Below are positions 1 through 14,112 of a stretch of DNA of 64,000 bases, one piece after another. Position numbers and translations under genes: made by a program. This stretch comes from Octopus vulgaris (lineage: Eukaryota): positions 72,292,001-72,356,000 of the forward strand of contig OX597817.1 in assembly GCA_951406725.2 (NCBI GenBank), written 5' to 3'. Below the pieces are notes generated by a model, which saw only the letters and a program-made list of their open reading frames with translations, searched no databases and had not been told where the DNA came from. The number at the start of each line of letters is the position of its first letter. Position 1 is the stretch's first letter.

Positions 1-240
1 CTGTTGACCGTTCCTCTGCAATCGCTTCCGTTTTACCCTCACATACCCCCTCTCCACCCTACCCCTCCAACGTAACATTCTCCGAGCCTTCCGTTGACCA
101 TTTTCGACCCTTCCCCCTCCCACATCCTCCCTAAACCACCCCTTCCCCCCTTCAAACGCGCCCATAATCTGTGTGACCTTCTGGCCCGTTGTTTCTTCCC
201 TACTCCAGTCACTCAATACTTCCCAACCCCTATTTCTCGT
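1..240 (+). mobile_element. Degenerate Penelope-like RT C-terminal (thumb) remnant
   Basis: KPPLPPFKRAHNLCDLLAR resembles the PLE thumb motif P...FRR..NLRD.LVR; C/A-rich strand bias like the Neptune element at 32.5-36.4 kb. Confidence 0.4.
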
Positions 241-2026
241 CACCCCAACCCATCTCGCACCTCCATGCACACAATAGCCTCACACGCATACTATACACAA
301 CCTCACACAGCCCCACTTAATTTTAAACCCCCCTCCCATACATACATTCACACTCGCGGACCCCATTCACATTCACTCGCCTCCATTCACACTCACTCGC
401 CCCATTCACACTCACTTGCCCCCATTCACACATAAACATCACACACATCATTCTTACATACACACACGTACTTGCCAATTTCACAACCAGACAAAATATA
501 CCAGGTTATGACGCTGTATACGTTACATTTCAAGATTGGTTTATGATAGGATTTGAGCTCATCGTTTGAAGTCACTGAATAAACGCGTCAATCAGGCACT
601 ATCGCAACAATCTGCAGCATCAAACTGCACCCTTTCGTGGAGTCTATCTGTCAGTAGATGCATTGGAAATCAATAAATCATCAAACTGTCAGCCTGCTAA
701 TGCTACTGCTAGTGTTACTGTTTTTGTTGTTGTTCTTCAACTCCAGGTCAGTCCTGGTCGAGTAACCCTATGATCAAATATGTTCCAGTTGTGAACCTCT
801 CGGAAATATATTCCAGTTATATTCTTGTTGTATTTCAGTTGTGAAAGTCTACGAATACATTATTTAAAATGCACTCCTTTTTCCAACCCAGTAAGAAAAG
901 AAATTTTCAGGGAGATTTAATTGCAAGTTCCTACAAGTAAAACGAAAATTAGAAGCTCATTCATTGATTCGATGTTGTCATTGCTGTGTAGTCGGAATTG
1001 AGTGTTATGAAATATAAGCAATGGGCCTCTTAAGTAGGCGAAACCCACAGTTCTATTGTTCTAGCTATGTCATGCCTCTACTTCGCATATTATGTGCAAT
1101 TTGAAAGGCTAGGCATTATCTAATGAGTCCATTGCTAATGACACACCTACGTCAGTGTGCATACATGTATTCCTTTGTTTCTCTTGGCTGAGTGTATAAG
1201 AGAACGTTTTTAAAGACAGAATCATACTAGTGTTCTGAGCTTTCGTAAATATTTCTGTTCGTTTAATAATAATTTTTTGTGCGGTGGTACAGTGTGTGCG
1301 GACTAATATCTGCTACAGCAAGATTGTTTTGGTGTTCCCGTTATCAAAGCTGTTATTTTTGTTGAAGTCATTACTATGATTATATGTTGGAGCTATTGTT
1401 GTTGCAGAATTTGTAGTTATCCACGTTATTATTGCTGCTAATAGTGTCAGTGTTATTTAATTACACATATTAAAACATATTTAGAAATGGTCTGTAAGAA
1501 CTTCAAGTAAAGATTCAATATTCGGCTATGTAACAGAAATGGCAACTCAATTACGACAGTATCCAGACTAATTGCATTTTTCACTAGCTCCGCTGCAGCC
1601 AAGATTCAAGCAATTTCTATATTGAGTTGTTTTTTTTGCAGAAAACCTGCGTAGGTCTAAGATCAACTAAAAGATAACAGAACAAATTTATTTAACTTAA
1701 AGCATAAGTATGCCACCAACTTGTCATGTCTGCGATCAGCTTTCATACCTCACCTGTAGCTGATGAATTTTTCTGTCCTCTCTAATTGCGTTAGGAAAAG
1801 TATAAAGGTCATATATAATACTGTCAACTTTCCGTTAAATTCATAGAGTTAGCCACCCAATGATAGGTAATGCTGTGTAAAAGTTGTTAAGCCAACATAC
1901 AATTCATTTCACACTATAACACTGATCGCTCATAACATCATTCAGCTCTGATTGTACATGAACTTCCACGGCTCTGAGTGAAGTTTACTTCCAAAGGAAA
2001 GGTAACATTTGGAACCATGACCCCGA

Positions 2027-2228
2027 TTATACCGCCTGCTGATCCAGCATATCGGAGATTAAAGACAAATCTGTGGTGTAAGATTTGAGATCAGGAACTC
2101 CGTTTCCTCGAAGTATAAAAACCTGCCAACGGGTTCCCTCAGACCGCATCATCTCCATATGCTTCCCAGTTCGAACCTGGCGGTATACCAAACTTTTCAG
2201 TAGCCATGCCCCGCTTCTCAGGTTCATC
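2027..2228 (-). CDS. Candidate terminal coding exon of an unidentified host gene
   Basis: Unique, GC-richer sequence; minus-strand acceptor ttttcattctatgcag|G; open to TAA at 2027 ((W)MNLRSGAWLLKSLVYRQ...DQQAV*); phase-compatible with candidate exon 4108-4220. The alternative frame DEPEKRG...DDAV* is not excluded. Confidence 0.4.
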
Positions 2229-2299
2229 CTGCATAGAATGAAAAGTTTTACACTGACTTGCGTGACTTCATACAGAACGTTCCTGCTAGCGACATGCTA

Positions 2300-2930
2300 C
2301 ATTTCTAAACACTTGTCAGTTGTCCATAGGCGTCCTTTTTCTGACTACATTGATTTCCACAATAGAGTATATTTTTCTTATAGTCTCACACATCTGGCCA
2401 ATTGTACTTTAACTTGGTGGCTGTTTTAATTTTTTTAGTTCCACCAATAGTCTTTAATACATCGCTTTTTTAATAAACTCATCTTCGTCAGTTGGTATTT
2501 TTCCTGCTTATCCTGTCCTAGATAGTTCTGACTACTGCATTGTGCCTCATGGGAAGATAGTATCTAGAAGACAAGCTTTCGCGGTGACAATAATGTAGTT
2601 AATATCTTTAATTTTGATTTTGTAAAGCCTACATTTGTTGTCCGTTAATGTTTTCTGTCTTTTATGCTGCGGGTAGTTGTTGAGGATGCTAATGAATTGC
2701 ATACGAGTAACATTCAAAGCAGAATATCATAAACTTGGCAATTGCCTATATCAAGCTTGTAGGTGATTTATTCTTTCTATGGCTTGGGTCTTTCGTGCCA
2801 AGTACCCATGCACCACCTTCTCAGTGAACTGGTCCATTTATTTCAATTTGCTCTTCAGATGAATAGAATTTAATAATGCTCCTCGGGTACACATCTGTAT
2901 CGACTCTTATTTCAAGATTGTTCTCTGTTT
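2300..2930 (-). mobile_element. Degenerate 3' part of an R4/Dong-like (RLE) non-LTR retrotransposon
   Basis: Broken frames give CRLYKIKIKDINYII, SRYYLPMRHNAVVRTI, DYWWN, IKTATKLKYNWPD; homologous to 62.9-63.3 kb. Confidence 0.65.
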
Positions 2931-2983
2931 CTTAAAACATATAATGCATATATACATGCACTTGCATATAAATGTATGCTTAC

Positions 2984-3045
<62 letters not shown>

Positions 3046-3671
3046 GGGAGAGAGAGAGGGGGGGGAGAGAGAGACAGGCAGACTGACACACAGAGACAGA
3101 CAAGGGGAGAGAGGGCAGAGGTAGATAGATATATGTATATTCGTATACATATATATATATATATATATATTACATATATGTATATATTTGTGTATTTGTG
3201 TATATATGTGTGTATCTATGTGTAGATGAATGCGTACGTGTGTGTGCGTGTGTGTATTATCCTTTTAGTTGCTTTATTTTTTTCATATTCATTAGTTCTC
3301 TGCTAAAAATTCTTTGTACGAAACACAGTGTGCTGTATCTAAGTCATTATATTTCTTCTTCAATTGTTATTTTGCTCATCTCCATAAATTAATTTAAAAT
3401 TAGTTTTTTTTTAGTTAGTTTTACGAGTTCATTCGCCAAATTTTTGCTTACGAAATAGACAGCATTGAAATTTTAGATGTTTTGTCTTCCTTCGAACATC
3501 TCAGATTTTTTTTCCACAATGTTTTTAAGAAGCTTTTTACATTTGACAGCATCCTTAATTAACTCCACTGACGCCAGTGAGAAATCAGCTAGTTATATGG
3601 ATGTACTATGTTTAAAAATACAAAAAGCGAAACACGAAACGCAAGGCCGCAAGTCATGGTGATAATATATA

Positions 3672-4020
3672 TAGGTGCTGCTGTATGGTAAAAAGTTTGC
3701 TTCCCAACCAGATGTTTCTGGGAGCAATCCTACTCTGTGGTACCTTGGCCAAGAATCTTCAACTATAGCCTCGGCCTTCAATGGATTTGGTATACGGAAA
3801 CTGAAAGAAGCCCTTCATATACATACATACATGTGTATGTGTGTGTGTGTGTGTGTGTGCCTTCATGCTTGTCTTTGTTCCACTTTACCGTTTAGTGACC
3901 GGTGTTGGTTTGTTGACGTCTCTGTAACTCGGTGGTTCGGCGAAAGAGAACGATAGAATAAATTACCAGGTTTCAAAAATAAGTACTGGAGTCAATTTGT
4001 CCGATTAAATTCTTCGAGTT
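3672..4020 (+). mobile_element. tRNA-derived SINE, family A (diverged copy)
   Basis: Matches copies at 37824 and 42271: head gctgtatggtaaaaagtttgcttcccaacca, internal microsatellite, ggttcggcgaaagagaacgatagaata body. Confidence 0.7.
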
Positions 4021-4107
4021 TGTACTAGTTTCTTAATACCTTCAGTCAGTGCGTTTTCACACCAAAAGTGGATGGTCATCTCTGTTGGTCGGCAGGTGTG
4101 AATTTAC

Positions 4108-4220
4108 CAAATCATTCTCTCCGCAAGGTTGACTTCGTCATCAATTACATGTTCGAACCCAATTTCATCTTTGCCGTCCTCTCCTTTTTCTTTCATGTTT
4201 GGGTGTGAACGTCCGAAATA
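4108..4220 (-). CDS. Candidate internal exon (113 nt, phase 0 to 2)
   Basis: Acceptor ttcattgcatcag|TAT, only one open frame (YFGRSHPNMKEKGEDGKDEIGFEHVIDDEVNLAERMI-TG), donor TG|GTAAAT; TG plus the G of exon 2228 gives Trp. Confidence 0.35.
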
Positions 4221-4304
4221 CTGATGCAATGAATTGAATTTCATCTACTTCAAATAACTATATTCTGCAGTGCTGATCACTTCTCGCTCACATTACGTGT
4301 GTGT

Positions 4305-4348
<44 letters not shown>

Positions 4349-4439
4349 ACATGTATGTGTGAGTACATAGATGTATGTATCTATGTATGTGTGCATGTAT
4401 GTATGTGTGCATGTATGTATGTGTGTATGTATGACTCCT

Positions 4440-6200
4440 AACCTTGTTCTATTTACAAAAATGTTTGCCCTGGCGCGGGAGTAAACATTAATTTGGTTTT
4501 TCCAAGACTTATTGTGAGTCCGAAATGTACACATACAGTGGGAAATCTGTCCATTATATGTTGCATACCCCCACCTCTGAGTTTGCCAACAAATCAGCAT
4601 CATCAGCATAATGTAATTCTCTAACAAGTGTTTTGAAAGTTTTTGCTTTGCAGTTAAGCCTGGTCAGATTAAAAATGCGACCAGATATCCGAAATATGAT
4701 TCCGATTCTCCTGTTGCAATCCTTGGAAGCATAGCAAAACAATGCAATGCAAAATAAAAAGAGAAACGTATATGGGCAGGAATATTTCCGTTTGACACCG
4801 TTGTCCACTGAAAATTCTTGAGATAGCTCACCATTATAGACTACCCGAGCTTTCATGTTTCTGTGTAGTTCCTTAAAGATGCTCACAAAATGTGTTGGGC
4901 AACCAAGTTTACACAAAACAATCCACAGCACCTCCCTGTTTACCGTGTCAAATGCCTAACTTAAATCTATGAAAACCTAGTATAGTGGCATTTGTTCTTC
5001 TAAGCATTTCTCTTGAACCTGCCTCGCAGAAAATATCATGTCCACTGTGCCTCGCTCAGGTCTGAAACCACACTGTTATTCAGGAATCACATGTGGACAC
5101 GCATTCTCAACGAGGCGATCTAACTTGATACTGAAAAGTATCTTCCCGGTATGTGCCAGAAGAGTTTTTCTCTTTAGAATTACCACGCACTGCTTCTTGG
5201 CCCTTCCTCTTGTATACAGAGATTAGAATGCCATTTGTCTATCCCTGTGGCACAGATTCGTTCCAAACTCGCGTCATCAGGCTATGAATTTCAGCTGAAA
5301 TATGATCCCCACCTGCTTTCAGAATTTCAACTGGAATACCATCCAATCCAGGAGCTTTACCTGATCTCAGTTTACATAATGCCAGATTTACTTCTTCAAT
5401 GGCAGGTGTATCGTTCATGTGTTGCACTATCTCTCTTTGCGGAATGTTGTTTATGATATCCATGTTAACTAAAGAAGGACTGTGGAAAAGATCTGCAAAG
5501 TGTTCTCTCCATCTATCCATTATTCCAGGAGGATCTTTAATAATTTCATTTCCATCTTTTGACTTCAAGGGAACATATGATGAAGATTACGGTCCTAAAG
5601 CTTGCCGCAACAAACTATATATACTTTTAATGTCTTTCCTGTCGTGAACCGCCTATACATCCTAAGACAAATTTCTTCACCAAATGTCTTTAAGCCTCTT
5701 GAGTTCTTTTTGCAAGTCTGCCTTCTGAGACCTGTACAACTTTTCTAGTTGCACTTTGTTTTTTACGTTTCACGAGTGGACCGCTTTGTTGCTAAAAGCT
5801 CATTTATCACGATAACACTGGAATCAAAATGAACATTGCTGCATCTGTTCTGAGCTAACTGCAAATCTTTTGGGTATTTTACCTGTTCAACATCAATTTT
5901 CTTTGGTACTTGCAGATCCTGAACTTGAACTTAGCACTAACCATTTTATGATCAGTATCACAAACAGCACCTTGCAATACCCTGAGACTGCACAAATCTT
6001 GTAAGTCAGCTTTCCGAGTTAATACAAAGTTAATCATGTGACCTTGCTGTGATTTTGGGTGAATACAGGTAACTTTTTGCTTCAACTTATGATGAAAGAA
6101 AGTATTCCTAACAACCAACCCTAGCTCAGAGTACGTTTGTAGCAGATGCAGCCCATTTACCCTGACCAAATTCCAACCCTACATCCTTTGAGAATGTTGT
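4440..6200 (-). mobile_element. RTE-clade LINE remnant (APE C-terminus and RT, frameshifted)
   Basis: NGLHLLQTYSELGLVVRNTFF, GKAPGLDGIPVEILKAGG, GFRPERGTVDMIFSARQVQEKCLE, AFDTVNRE, LHYADDADLLA. Confidence 0.9.
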
Positions 6201-6229
6201 AATTAGGTCAAGGCTCTTTTTCATCTCAT

Positions 6230-7740
6230 GCATATTCTTTGCATAAAGTTTTAAGTCATCCAAAAAAACAGTGTGTAATTTTGGTATTTCTGTTTCTTTG
6301 TGAAACAGTGAAATACCCTTCAGACTTCCTTAACATGAATGACAAGGGATTTACAGAAAGTATGAACAACAACACAGAGAGGCTGTGTCCTTGGAATATG
6401 CCTTTACGATATAGTATTCTATCGGTTATAATACAGTCACTCTTTGTGTTTAATTTCAAGACGGTGGCCCAAGATGAAGTCAAGTCAGCTATGGCTTTGA
6501 CTATTCTCACGGGAACTTTAGCAAGTTGAAGGGCTTCTAGAATCCACGAATGGGGAACAAAGTCAAAGGCATTCTTGTAATCTAGCCACATTGAAACTAG
6601 GTTCCTCTTATGCTCTCACACCTCTGACATCACAGTTTTGCTGATTGGCAATTGTGCAGCACATCCCCAGACTCCCTTCTTCCCAGCTGCTTGTTCTGCT
6701 ATGATAATGGTCTTGGAGGAAGAGGTTTCAATATGCTGTATATATCTTATACATTAAGTTCTGCCGGTAGTTTTTTTGCCATGTTGTTGGTTCCGCATTT
6801 GGGGATCAATTTTATCTCTGCCAGAGATAGCCAGTGTGGTATGCTGTTGTTGCCTATGAAAGCTTGCAGGTACAGATTGATAATGTATGGTCGGTAGAGT
6901 GTTAACTTCTTGTACCAATATCTAACAATCAAGTCTCTTTCAGGTGCTTTTCCCTCCTGGAGTTTCTGGATCGCAGTTGCAAGAGTTCCAGCATCAATGT
7001 TGTATGTCGTGAATGTAACACAGGAGCAATAACTTTTTCGGATTTCTTCCAGCCACAGTATATCTTGGTTAAATTCCTTCTCTTCACTCCAGATTTTCCT
7101 CCAGAAGCTTTCGTGATATTTATTTCCCCTCCTCTCATGTCTCGATATACTGCTGGCCTTGTTGCAGTTAAACTTTTGGTTTATTGTTCTTGTCTCGGTT
7201 ATTTTCCTCCAATGTCGGAGATTTTCTCTGACAGCTTTTAGCTCCTGCTTTTAAGTAATTAGTTTGCAAGTGAGTGTCTCCTTTTTGCTGTCTCCAAACA
7301 TCATTTCTATCTCCTTTATTTTCTGTTGGTGGGACGTATAGTGATTTGCTTGTTTGCATGCAAAATTATCATTACATGATTGATGGTCTTCCGTAAACCA
7401 GTTATCTGTTTACTGTCTTCAAAACCCATGATGGTACTTTCTTTGTTATTTAGGTTTTGTTTGCTTTTTGAATACCATCCATGTAATGTTTTACAGTAGT
7501 AGTCAGCGCATATAGACAGGCGTTAATCTACCAGTATGTGTAGATTAACATCATCACACTGTTGTAAATATTCATCACCAATTTCGTTAACAGCTTTTAA
7601 TACCGTATCTGGTAGTTTTTTTTCTTTTTACTTACTTTGGTAGTGAATGTTCTCTCCCCGAGAGAGTCTTTCAAAGCCAAAGTTATTTTTTCTCGGAAAA
7701 TTTCACTAAGGGCACATTTCACCGGCATTTAATCCTGACT
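6230..7740 (-). mobile_element. R4/Dong-like (RLE) LINE remnant, RT region
   Basis: WLDYKNAFDFVPHSWILE, GIFQGHSLSVLLFILSVNPLS, YWYKKL; many stops and frameshifts. Confidence 0.85.
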
Positions 7741-8178
7741 ACCACTACTACTACAATAATCGTTGCGGTTGTGCCTGCTATTTACCATAGTCGTGGTAGG
7801 GGGACAGCAATGTAGTTTAGCTGACAGGCACTATGGAATATGTTGGAATGTATGCATGGTATGCATGCATGTATGTATGTATGTATGTATGTATGTATGT
7901 ATGTATGTATGTATGTATGTATGTATCGATGCTTGTATGATCGATATCTGGAAACTTTCTGGATATATCTAGTTAGAGAAATGTAACAACATACGTTGAT
8001 GTGTGTAACGATATATGAAAACGTGTGTGTCAGAAGAAAGCAGGAGAAACCATTTGAAGGACAAAGAGAATAGAAGTTTATAGTGTGAACGGAAACTACT
8101 AAATGTTCTCAGAATTGCAGACTATTCCTATATTGATTGTATTTTTCCATTGACTGATCAGACATTTATTTTACACAC

Positions 8179-8209
<31 letters not shown>

Positions 8210-8559
8210 TAAGCATGCACATACGCGCACGCACATACATGTGTGTATGTGTATCGAAGTCACTGTCAATAATATTCTTAAAAGTTATATTGTGTATGCG
8301 CGTGTGTGCGCGTGTGTGTATGTGTATGTGTGTGTACGTGTGTGTATGTGTGTGTCTCTGTGTGTGTGTGTGTGTGTGAGTGTAATATGAATTTGCAATT
8401 AAGACAGAGGTAAGAATTGTGAAACAGCGCATAAAGTATTTTGATTTCATCAAGATATACGCGTTTTCATGCTACAGAAAACCAACATTTTCAGCCTCGA
8501 TAACATGTGTTCTGCTTCGTTCTAAAAATAATTTTCTGCTTATCGTAATTAGTTCTGTG

Positions 8560-9131
8560 TACTTCAGCTTCGAAAATCCACCCTGTACTCCTCTAAATAC
8601 ATCTTCGCAGAGGCGTTCCCATTCTCTGGCAATGCTTTAGCTAACAGCACCTCCAAGGAAAAAATTTTCTACACTGCTAACCCACAACCTTCCTAGATCA
8701 GATACGGTACTCGTAGGACATTTTATTTTAAAGCCGTTTCTTTTTGAAAGTTGTCAAATGTTGGCAAGCATTTCTTAGATCTAATAAACAGATATTTTCC
8801 TGTAAAACATTATTGTCTCTCTTAAAGTTAGCTTTAAGTGGAGCTCCAATATGAAGGCCTTCAACAATCTTAAGCTTGCTAACCTAGCCGTACCAATATG
8901 CTCGTGTTGAAATACTGCGATAAGCTAATTAAATCTACATTGCAATATCAAGACGAAGTGACTACAACCATATCACACCAATTAACTGAACAGAAACATT
9001 ACATGTGTATGGTTGAAGGCAAGTTGAAACAAGCATTATTTTACAAGACATTCGTCACATGTGTATATAAGAGAAATACTACTACTCTGCCCAAATGGAT
9101 TTGGGAGATTCAGGGAGCGCTACTGACTTAG
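8560..9131 (+). mobile_element. Degenerate Penelope-like element (thumb plus GIY-YIG)
   Basis: NVGKHFLDLINRYFP, LKVSFKWSSNMKAF, then LQYQDEVTT..KHYMCMVEGKLKQ..TTTLPKWIWEIQ, the PLE thumb and GIY-YIG pattern. Confidence 0.7.
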
Positions 9132-9164
9132 GCACCAATGAATATATTATTATAGTAAAATAAC

Positions 9165-9401
9165 GTTTCTGCTTGCTCGAGGCGGTGAGCTAGCAGAAGC
9201 GTTAGCACACTGGGCGAAATGCCTAGCGATATTTCGTCTGCCGTTACGTTCTGAATTCAAATTCCGCCGAGGTCGACTTTGCCTTTCATCATTTCGGGGT
9301 CTATTAAATGAGTACCAGTTAATCACTGGGGTCGATGTAATCGACTTAATCCCCTTGTTTGTCCCCCTCTATGTTTAGCCCCTTGTGGGTAATAAAGAAA
9401 T
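9165..9401 (+). mobile_element. tRNA-derived SINE, family B, with 23-bp target site duplication
   Basis: A/B-box-like head (ggcggtgagctagcagaa...gaattcaaattcc), core gaggtcgactttgcctttcatc, tail ttgtgggtaataaagaaat; TSD atatattattatagtaaaataac at 9142-9164 and 9402-9424. Diverged copies near 20625, 22140, 23820, 27290, 39525. Confidence 0.85.
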
Positions 9402-9540
9402 ATATATTATTATAGTAAAATAACAGCGAAATAGTTTCATTTAGCTATTTTCCACAGAGAGAACGCTGTATAGAAATATACTTTCAACGGAAGGATGACA
9501 TCATTTTTTTTTCGGTTTTGAGCGTGATTATTATAATTAA

Positions 9541-10022
9541 CCCCTTGACATCGGTTGACGTAAATATACGATGTAGAGCTGCCCTACATCTACCACGGAC
9601 TTTATAGCGGCTGACGTATGTTTACGTTCGCTATCGTGTACTTTATCTCTTGAGGTGCGCGCGGTCGCCGTCCCGTGCATTATCTGAGTTCTTTTAGGTT
9701 ACGTTCAAGTCATGAGACTAGCAGTAGACCAATGACATGCGGATACTTTACATGCATAATACCTTGTTTCGAGTTGTACCACACGCAAGCTATTTTTTGA
9801 ACTTGAGCAGAATAACTCGTGCATATCATATTATGATAAATAGCTTCACTTAGTTCGTTTTCATATACCGGTAGACGTAAATGTACGACGCTATGTTATT
9901 GTAACGGTGAACGTAAATAGACGTGAGCTCGTTGGCACTTGTCTGTTTGTGTGGCCTCATTAGATAAGAAAACCGGAGCAGTGTCTCGCATGCTTCGAGT
10001 AATACATACCGGCGTCAGGGGG
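9541..10022. mobile_element. piggyBac-type non-autonomous element (MITE)
   Basis: TTAA on both sides; TIRs ccccttgacatcggt / accggcgtcaggggg; internal quasi-palindromic gacgtaaatatacg motifs. Confidence 0.8.
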
Positions 10023-10420
10023 TTAACTATAAATAATATATGTATGAATGTGCACATAAAAACATGAATGTATCTATATTGCTGTTGTTGTTGTTGCTGC
10101 TGATGTTGTTGTTGTTGTTGCTGCTGATGTTGTTGTTGTTGTTGTTGTTGTTATGAGTCTGATGGAGATGTATTGAGGGGATGCATAAATATTCGGCGTG
10201 TTTTGGGTATTTTGATGTTGGGGAGCCAAGCTCTGCCTAAGTCATAACTCCACCTATATCATTCAGAGAACAAAGAAGTAAGAGAAAATAGTACTAATGC
10301 CAAATTGTCCTAATAAGAAATGTAGAGTAAAATAGTATGTATTTATTGAAGTATTTCCACTTCAATAAAATACTTATATTATATTGCATGTGTGTGTGTT
10401 TCTGTGTGTGTAAAATATAC

Positions 10421-10651
<231 letters not shown>

Positions 10652-11212
10652 CGTAATACACACACACACACACACACACATGTTCTAGTAGTGATGACAC
10701 GAATCTATTCGGATTTTTTTCTCTTTTCAGTAAAGGTTTATCACATTTCCTTTGTAGTCTTTTATGTTTACTTTGGAACTATAAGGTTTTTTTAGGCCGT
10801 TAATGTTTTAATCTCCTTTCTGGTTCCATCTTCTTAAAGATGTGATGATAGCAGTGCTTGTTGTTGACGTGTTATTCTTTCCTTTGTTTTTTTTTTATTC
10901 TTGCTCTTCATAAAGTAGCTAGTATTGAAATCATGGGAATCGGATAGCAAGTGATATAATCCTCTTTGCAGGATTTTAAAATTTGTTTCTGTTGTTAAGT
11001 CAAGGTTAATTTCATAGTTTATTACACAGATAGTGCATCTGTAGAATTTTGCTTTGTTCTCTTTGCTTTTTTTTTTTTGCATTTGATGCAATTAACAATA
11101 AAATGTTATTGTATTTTGCTATTAAAGTTGTTATAGTAAATATTTTAGTTTTGCTTGTTATGGAATTCTAAAAAAAATATGCTAGTGTTCTCAACTGATG
11201 TTTTTCAATCTA

Positions 11213-13310
11213 TAGGGGTCGGACAAAATAATGGAAGTTTTATTATCTAATACGGAGTCAGTTCAACATTTGGCATCAAACAAAGTAATAATATGTCAAG
11301 GATTTTGCTTGAACTGGTTCCGAACTGTTGTTTGGAGAATTTTGAACTATTCTTTAATTCAAACCTGCTATAGCTCTTTTAGCGACAATGATGGAAACAA
11401 GTGACTTCACTTGCCGATCCAAAATCCACCACAAATTTTTGATTGTAGTGAGATCTGGTAATTATGTAAGCTAATCCAAGAAGTCTACTCCACTTTTGTG
11501 TTCTTCGTACCAGTTTTGGATAAATGTTAGTCTTGTGAATCAATGCATTTTCGTCCTTGAAGATGGCACTACCATCAGGGAACAAAGTTTGTAGTATATG
11601 ATGGACAACATTAGCTAAAATACTCAGATCATCGTTTGCGTTAACTCTACTATGTAGAATAACTAAAGAGCCGAGAGAATTCCATGATATGGCAGCCCAA
11701 ATCATCACAGAGCCACCTCTATGCTCCACGGTTGAAGGCCAAAAATTTCTGAATGAAGGCTCCCTCCAAAAATAAACTCGCCTTGAGAGTGGAGTAAAAG
11801 AGAGTGAATGATGATTCATCAGAGATGACATTGTCCTGTTGAACCATTAACAACTTTTGAAAGTCGAGACACCATTTTTTCTGCTAATGGAGCTTATTAA
11901 GGGAGAGAAGAGTTTTAGCAACTACTGTCTTCCCAAGGTATTAGCAAAGGAGTGGTTTAGATCTGCTGTCATTTTTGTTGTCGTAGTTCGATAGTTCTTA
12001 GACACAAGACGTTTCGCTATTCTGCCGTCCTACTATAGAAACTTAGCATTTCGTCCAGAATTATGTTTGGCAGAGTTGGTTTTACCCTCATTTTGGAATG
12101 CCATCGTGAGTTTGAAAAATGTACATCTTGAAACATGAGACAATTCAACAGTTTTGATAACTGAAGCTCCAGCCAAACAACTTCACAAATTTGTTCTTTC
12201 TTGGAAATTAGAAAGGTCATACATTTTAATTTAAGTACATACAAGGTCTGATCAATAAGTATCCGGATTGTTGCTATAGTAACGAAGCTAAAGTACGCAG
12301 AGTGAAGCCGCTAGAAAAGGATTGACCTTGAACTCAGCTATGCATGTGCACTAAGTTTTAACGTTCTAACTTACTTCCACTGTTACAGCAGTGCTTGGAA
12401 AGAACGTGTGTAGCGTGCGATCGTTGCATTGACCATGACAGAGAAAGTTGTCATCGTGACACCTGCTCAGGGGCCAACGCAAAGTTGCAGAAAGTGTATG
12501 GAGAGGAGTGTATGAGGCGTACACAAGTGTGCGAATGGTTCAGGCGTTTTCAAGACGGCCGAAAAATGCTGATATTGACGGACTTTCTGGGAGACCCGCA
12601 ACCGGCAGGACAGAGAAAAACATCGCAGATGTGCGTGCAGGTGAGGGAAAATCGTCGAATAACCATCCGTGAGTTATCAGAAGATATGCAAAATAGTTAC
12701 GATTCAGTTCAGTCCATTATCAGTGGAGATTTGGGTATGAGACGCGAGTCTGCAAAGTTTGTGCAAAAACTGCTTTCAGCTAACCTAAAAGACACTCGGG
12801 TTTCGGTTGCACAAGGTCTCCTTGATTGTGTTGAGAACCATTAAAACTTTTTGAAAACTTTGCGCACGCTTCTGAGCATGTATCGCCAAGCTTTTGGCAA
12901 AATTTGATACAGACTCTTTGCTCAACTTTCTCTGTCATGACCAATGCGAAGACCACACGCTACATACCTTCCTCCCAAGCACTGCTGTAAATAGCGGAAG
13001 TGAGATAGAACGTTAAAATTTAGTGCGCAAGCACAGCCAAATTCAAGGTCAATCTTTGCCAAGCAGCTTCACTCTGCGTAATTTAGCTTCGTTACTATGG
13101 TGAAAGTCCTGATACTTATTGATCAGAGTATAATAGCAAAAACCGATAAACAGAAAGCTGGACAGTGGAGCACAAAGCATATATAATGAATAATGTGTAT
13201 AAACACATATTTATATACATATTTGAATACTGCTGAATTTGTGACATTGTCAATAGGAAGAAGAGTTAAATAAAAAAAAGTGTTGTTGACATTATTTTAC
13301 CCAAATCCTG
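11213..13310 (-). mobile_element. Tc1-like DNA transposon (decayed), interrupted by a nested mariner
   Basis: Imperfect TIRs taggggtcggacaaaataatgg / gacattattttacccaaatcctg with TA flanks; transposase remnants TVEHRGGSVMIWAAISWNSLG...AIFKDENALIH and AGASVIKTVEL. Confidence 0.85.
12242..13128 (+). mobile_element. Internally deleted mariner element with ~150-bp TIRs
   Basis: TIRs caaggtctgatcaataagtatccgga... / ...gatacttattgatcagag, TA flanks; Mos1-like HTH (LQKVYGEECMRRTQVCEWFRRFQDGR, NRRITIREL, AKFVQKLL); catalytic domain missing. Confidence 0.9.
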
Positions 13311-14072
13311 TAGTTCTTTATAGTATATTTTATTGCGATGCACCGATTGTTAATTAGACGCATAAAAATGACAATAATACATATAATTTTGTCAAGCCAC
13401 ACAAATGTTTATGAGCTATAAATTTTCTGTGGAGGGCTAAATAGTCATGACAGAAGTGCATAATTGCTAGGATACCAACGCACTCCATTCTTGTCAAGTA
13501 TTGGGAAAAACAAATCTAAAATATACAGGTATCTACAATATCTTTATTATTATCATGTTCAGTTTGCTAACAAATCGCATCTTTGTAGGGTTGTGCAAAA
13601 TGAAGGATTCGATGTCATACTCAAGAGTTTACTGAATATTCCAGAGTGAAAGAGATAGATGTTATTCTATTTTATTTTGTTTTGTTTCTGTTTTTGTCTT
13701 CTTTTGTTTTTTGCTGTTGTTTTAAAGAACTTGACTCTTCCATGCTTGTATTCTTAAAAATCTCATTGTGTGCGTTTGTGAGTGTGTTTTTGTGTGTGTG
13801 TGTGTGTGTATGTGATTTGTGTGTGTGAGTGTACGTATGTGTGTATGTGTGTGTTTATGTGTGAATGTGTGTATACATGTAAGCATTTGTTCATTCATGT
13901 TTGTATATAGTTACATATTCATATTCATACATAGCTACCACATACACATGTGAGTATGATTGTATACATGTGTTTATATTACTTTCTATTTTTAAATAAA
14001 TAAAAATATTCATAACCTCATTCCTGTATGTATGTATGTATGTATGTATGTATGTATGCGCGTGCGTATGCG

Positions 14073-14109
<37 letters not shown>

Positions 14110-14112
<3 letters not shown>

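Noticed and set aside
530-595. AAACGCGTC downstream of the PLE remnant as a hammerhead
   Set aside because: Only the helix III palindrome survives; core and stem II are not convincing
1015-1055. GCCT-loop-AGGC-GAAAC as a hammerhead
   Set aside because: Upstream core not recognisable; too degenerate to call
9175-9270. tRNA gene
   Set aside because: A/B-box-like head only; continues into SINE core and tail with a TSD
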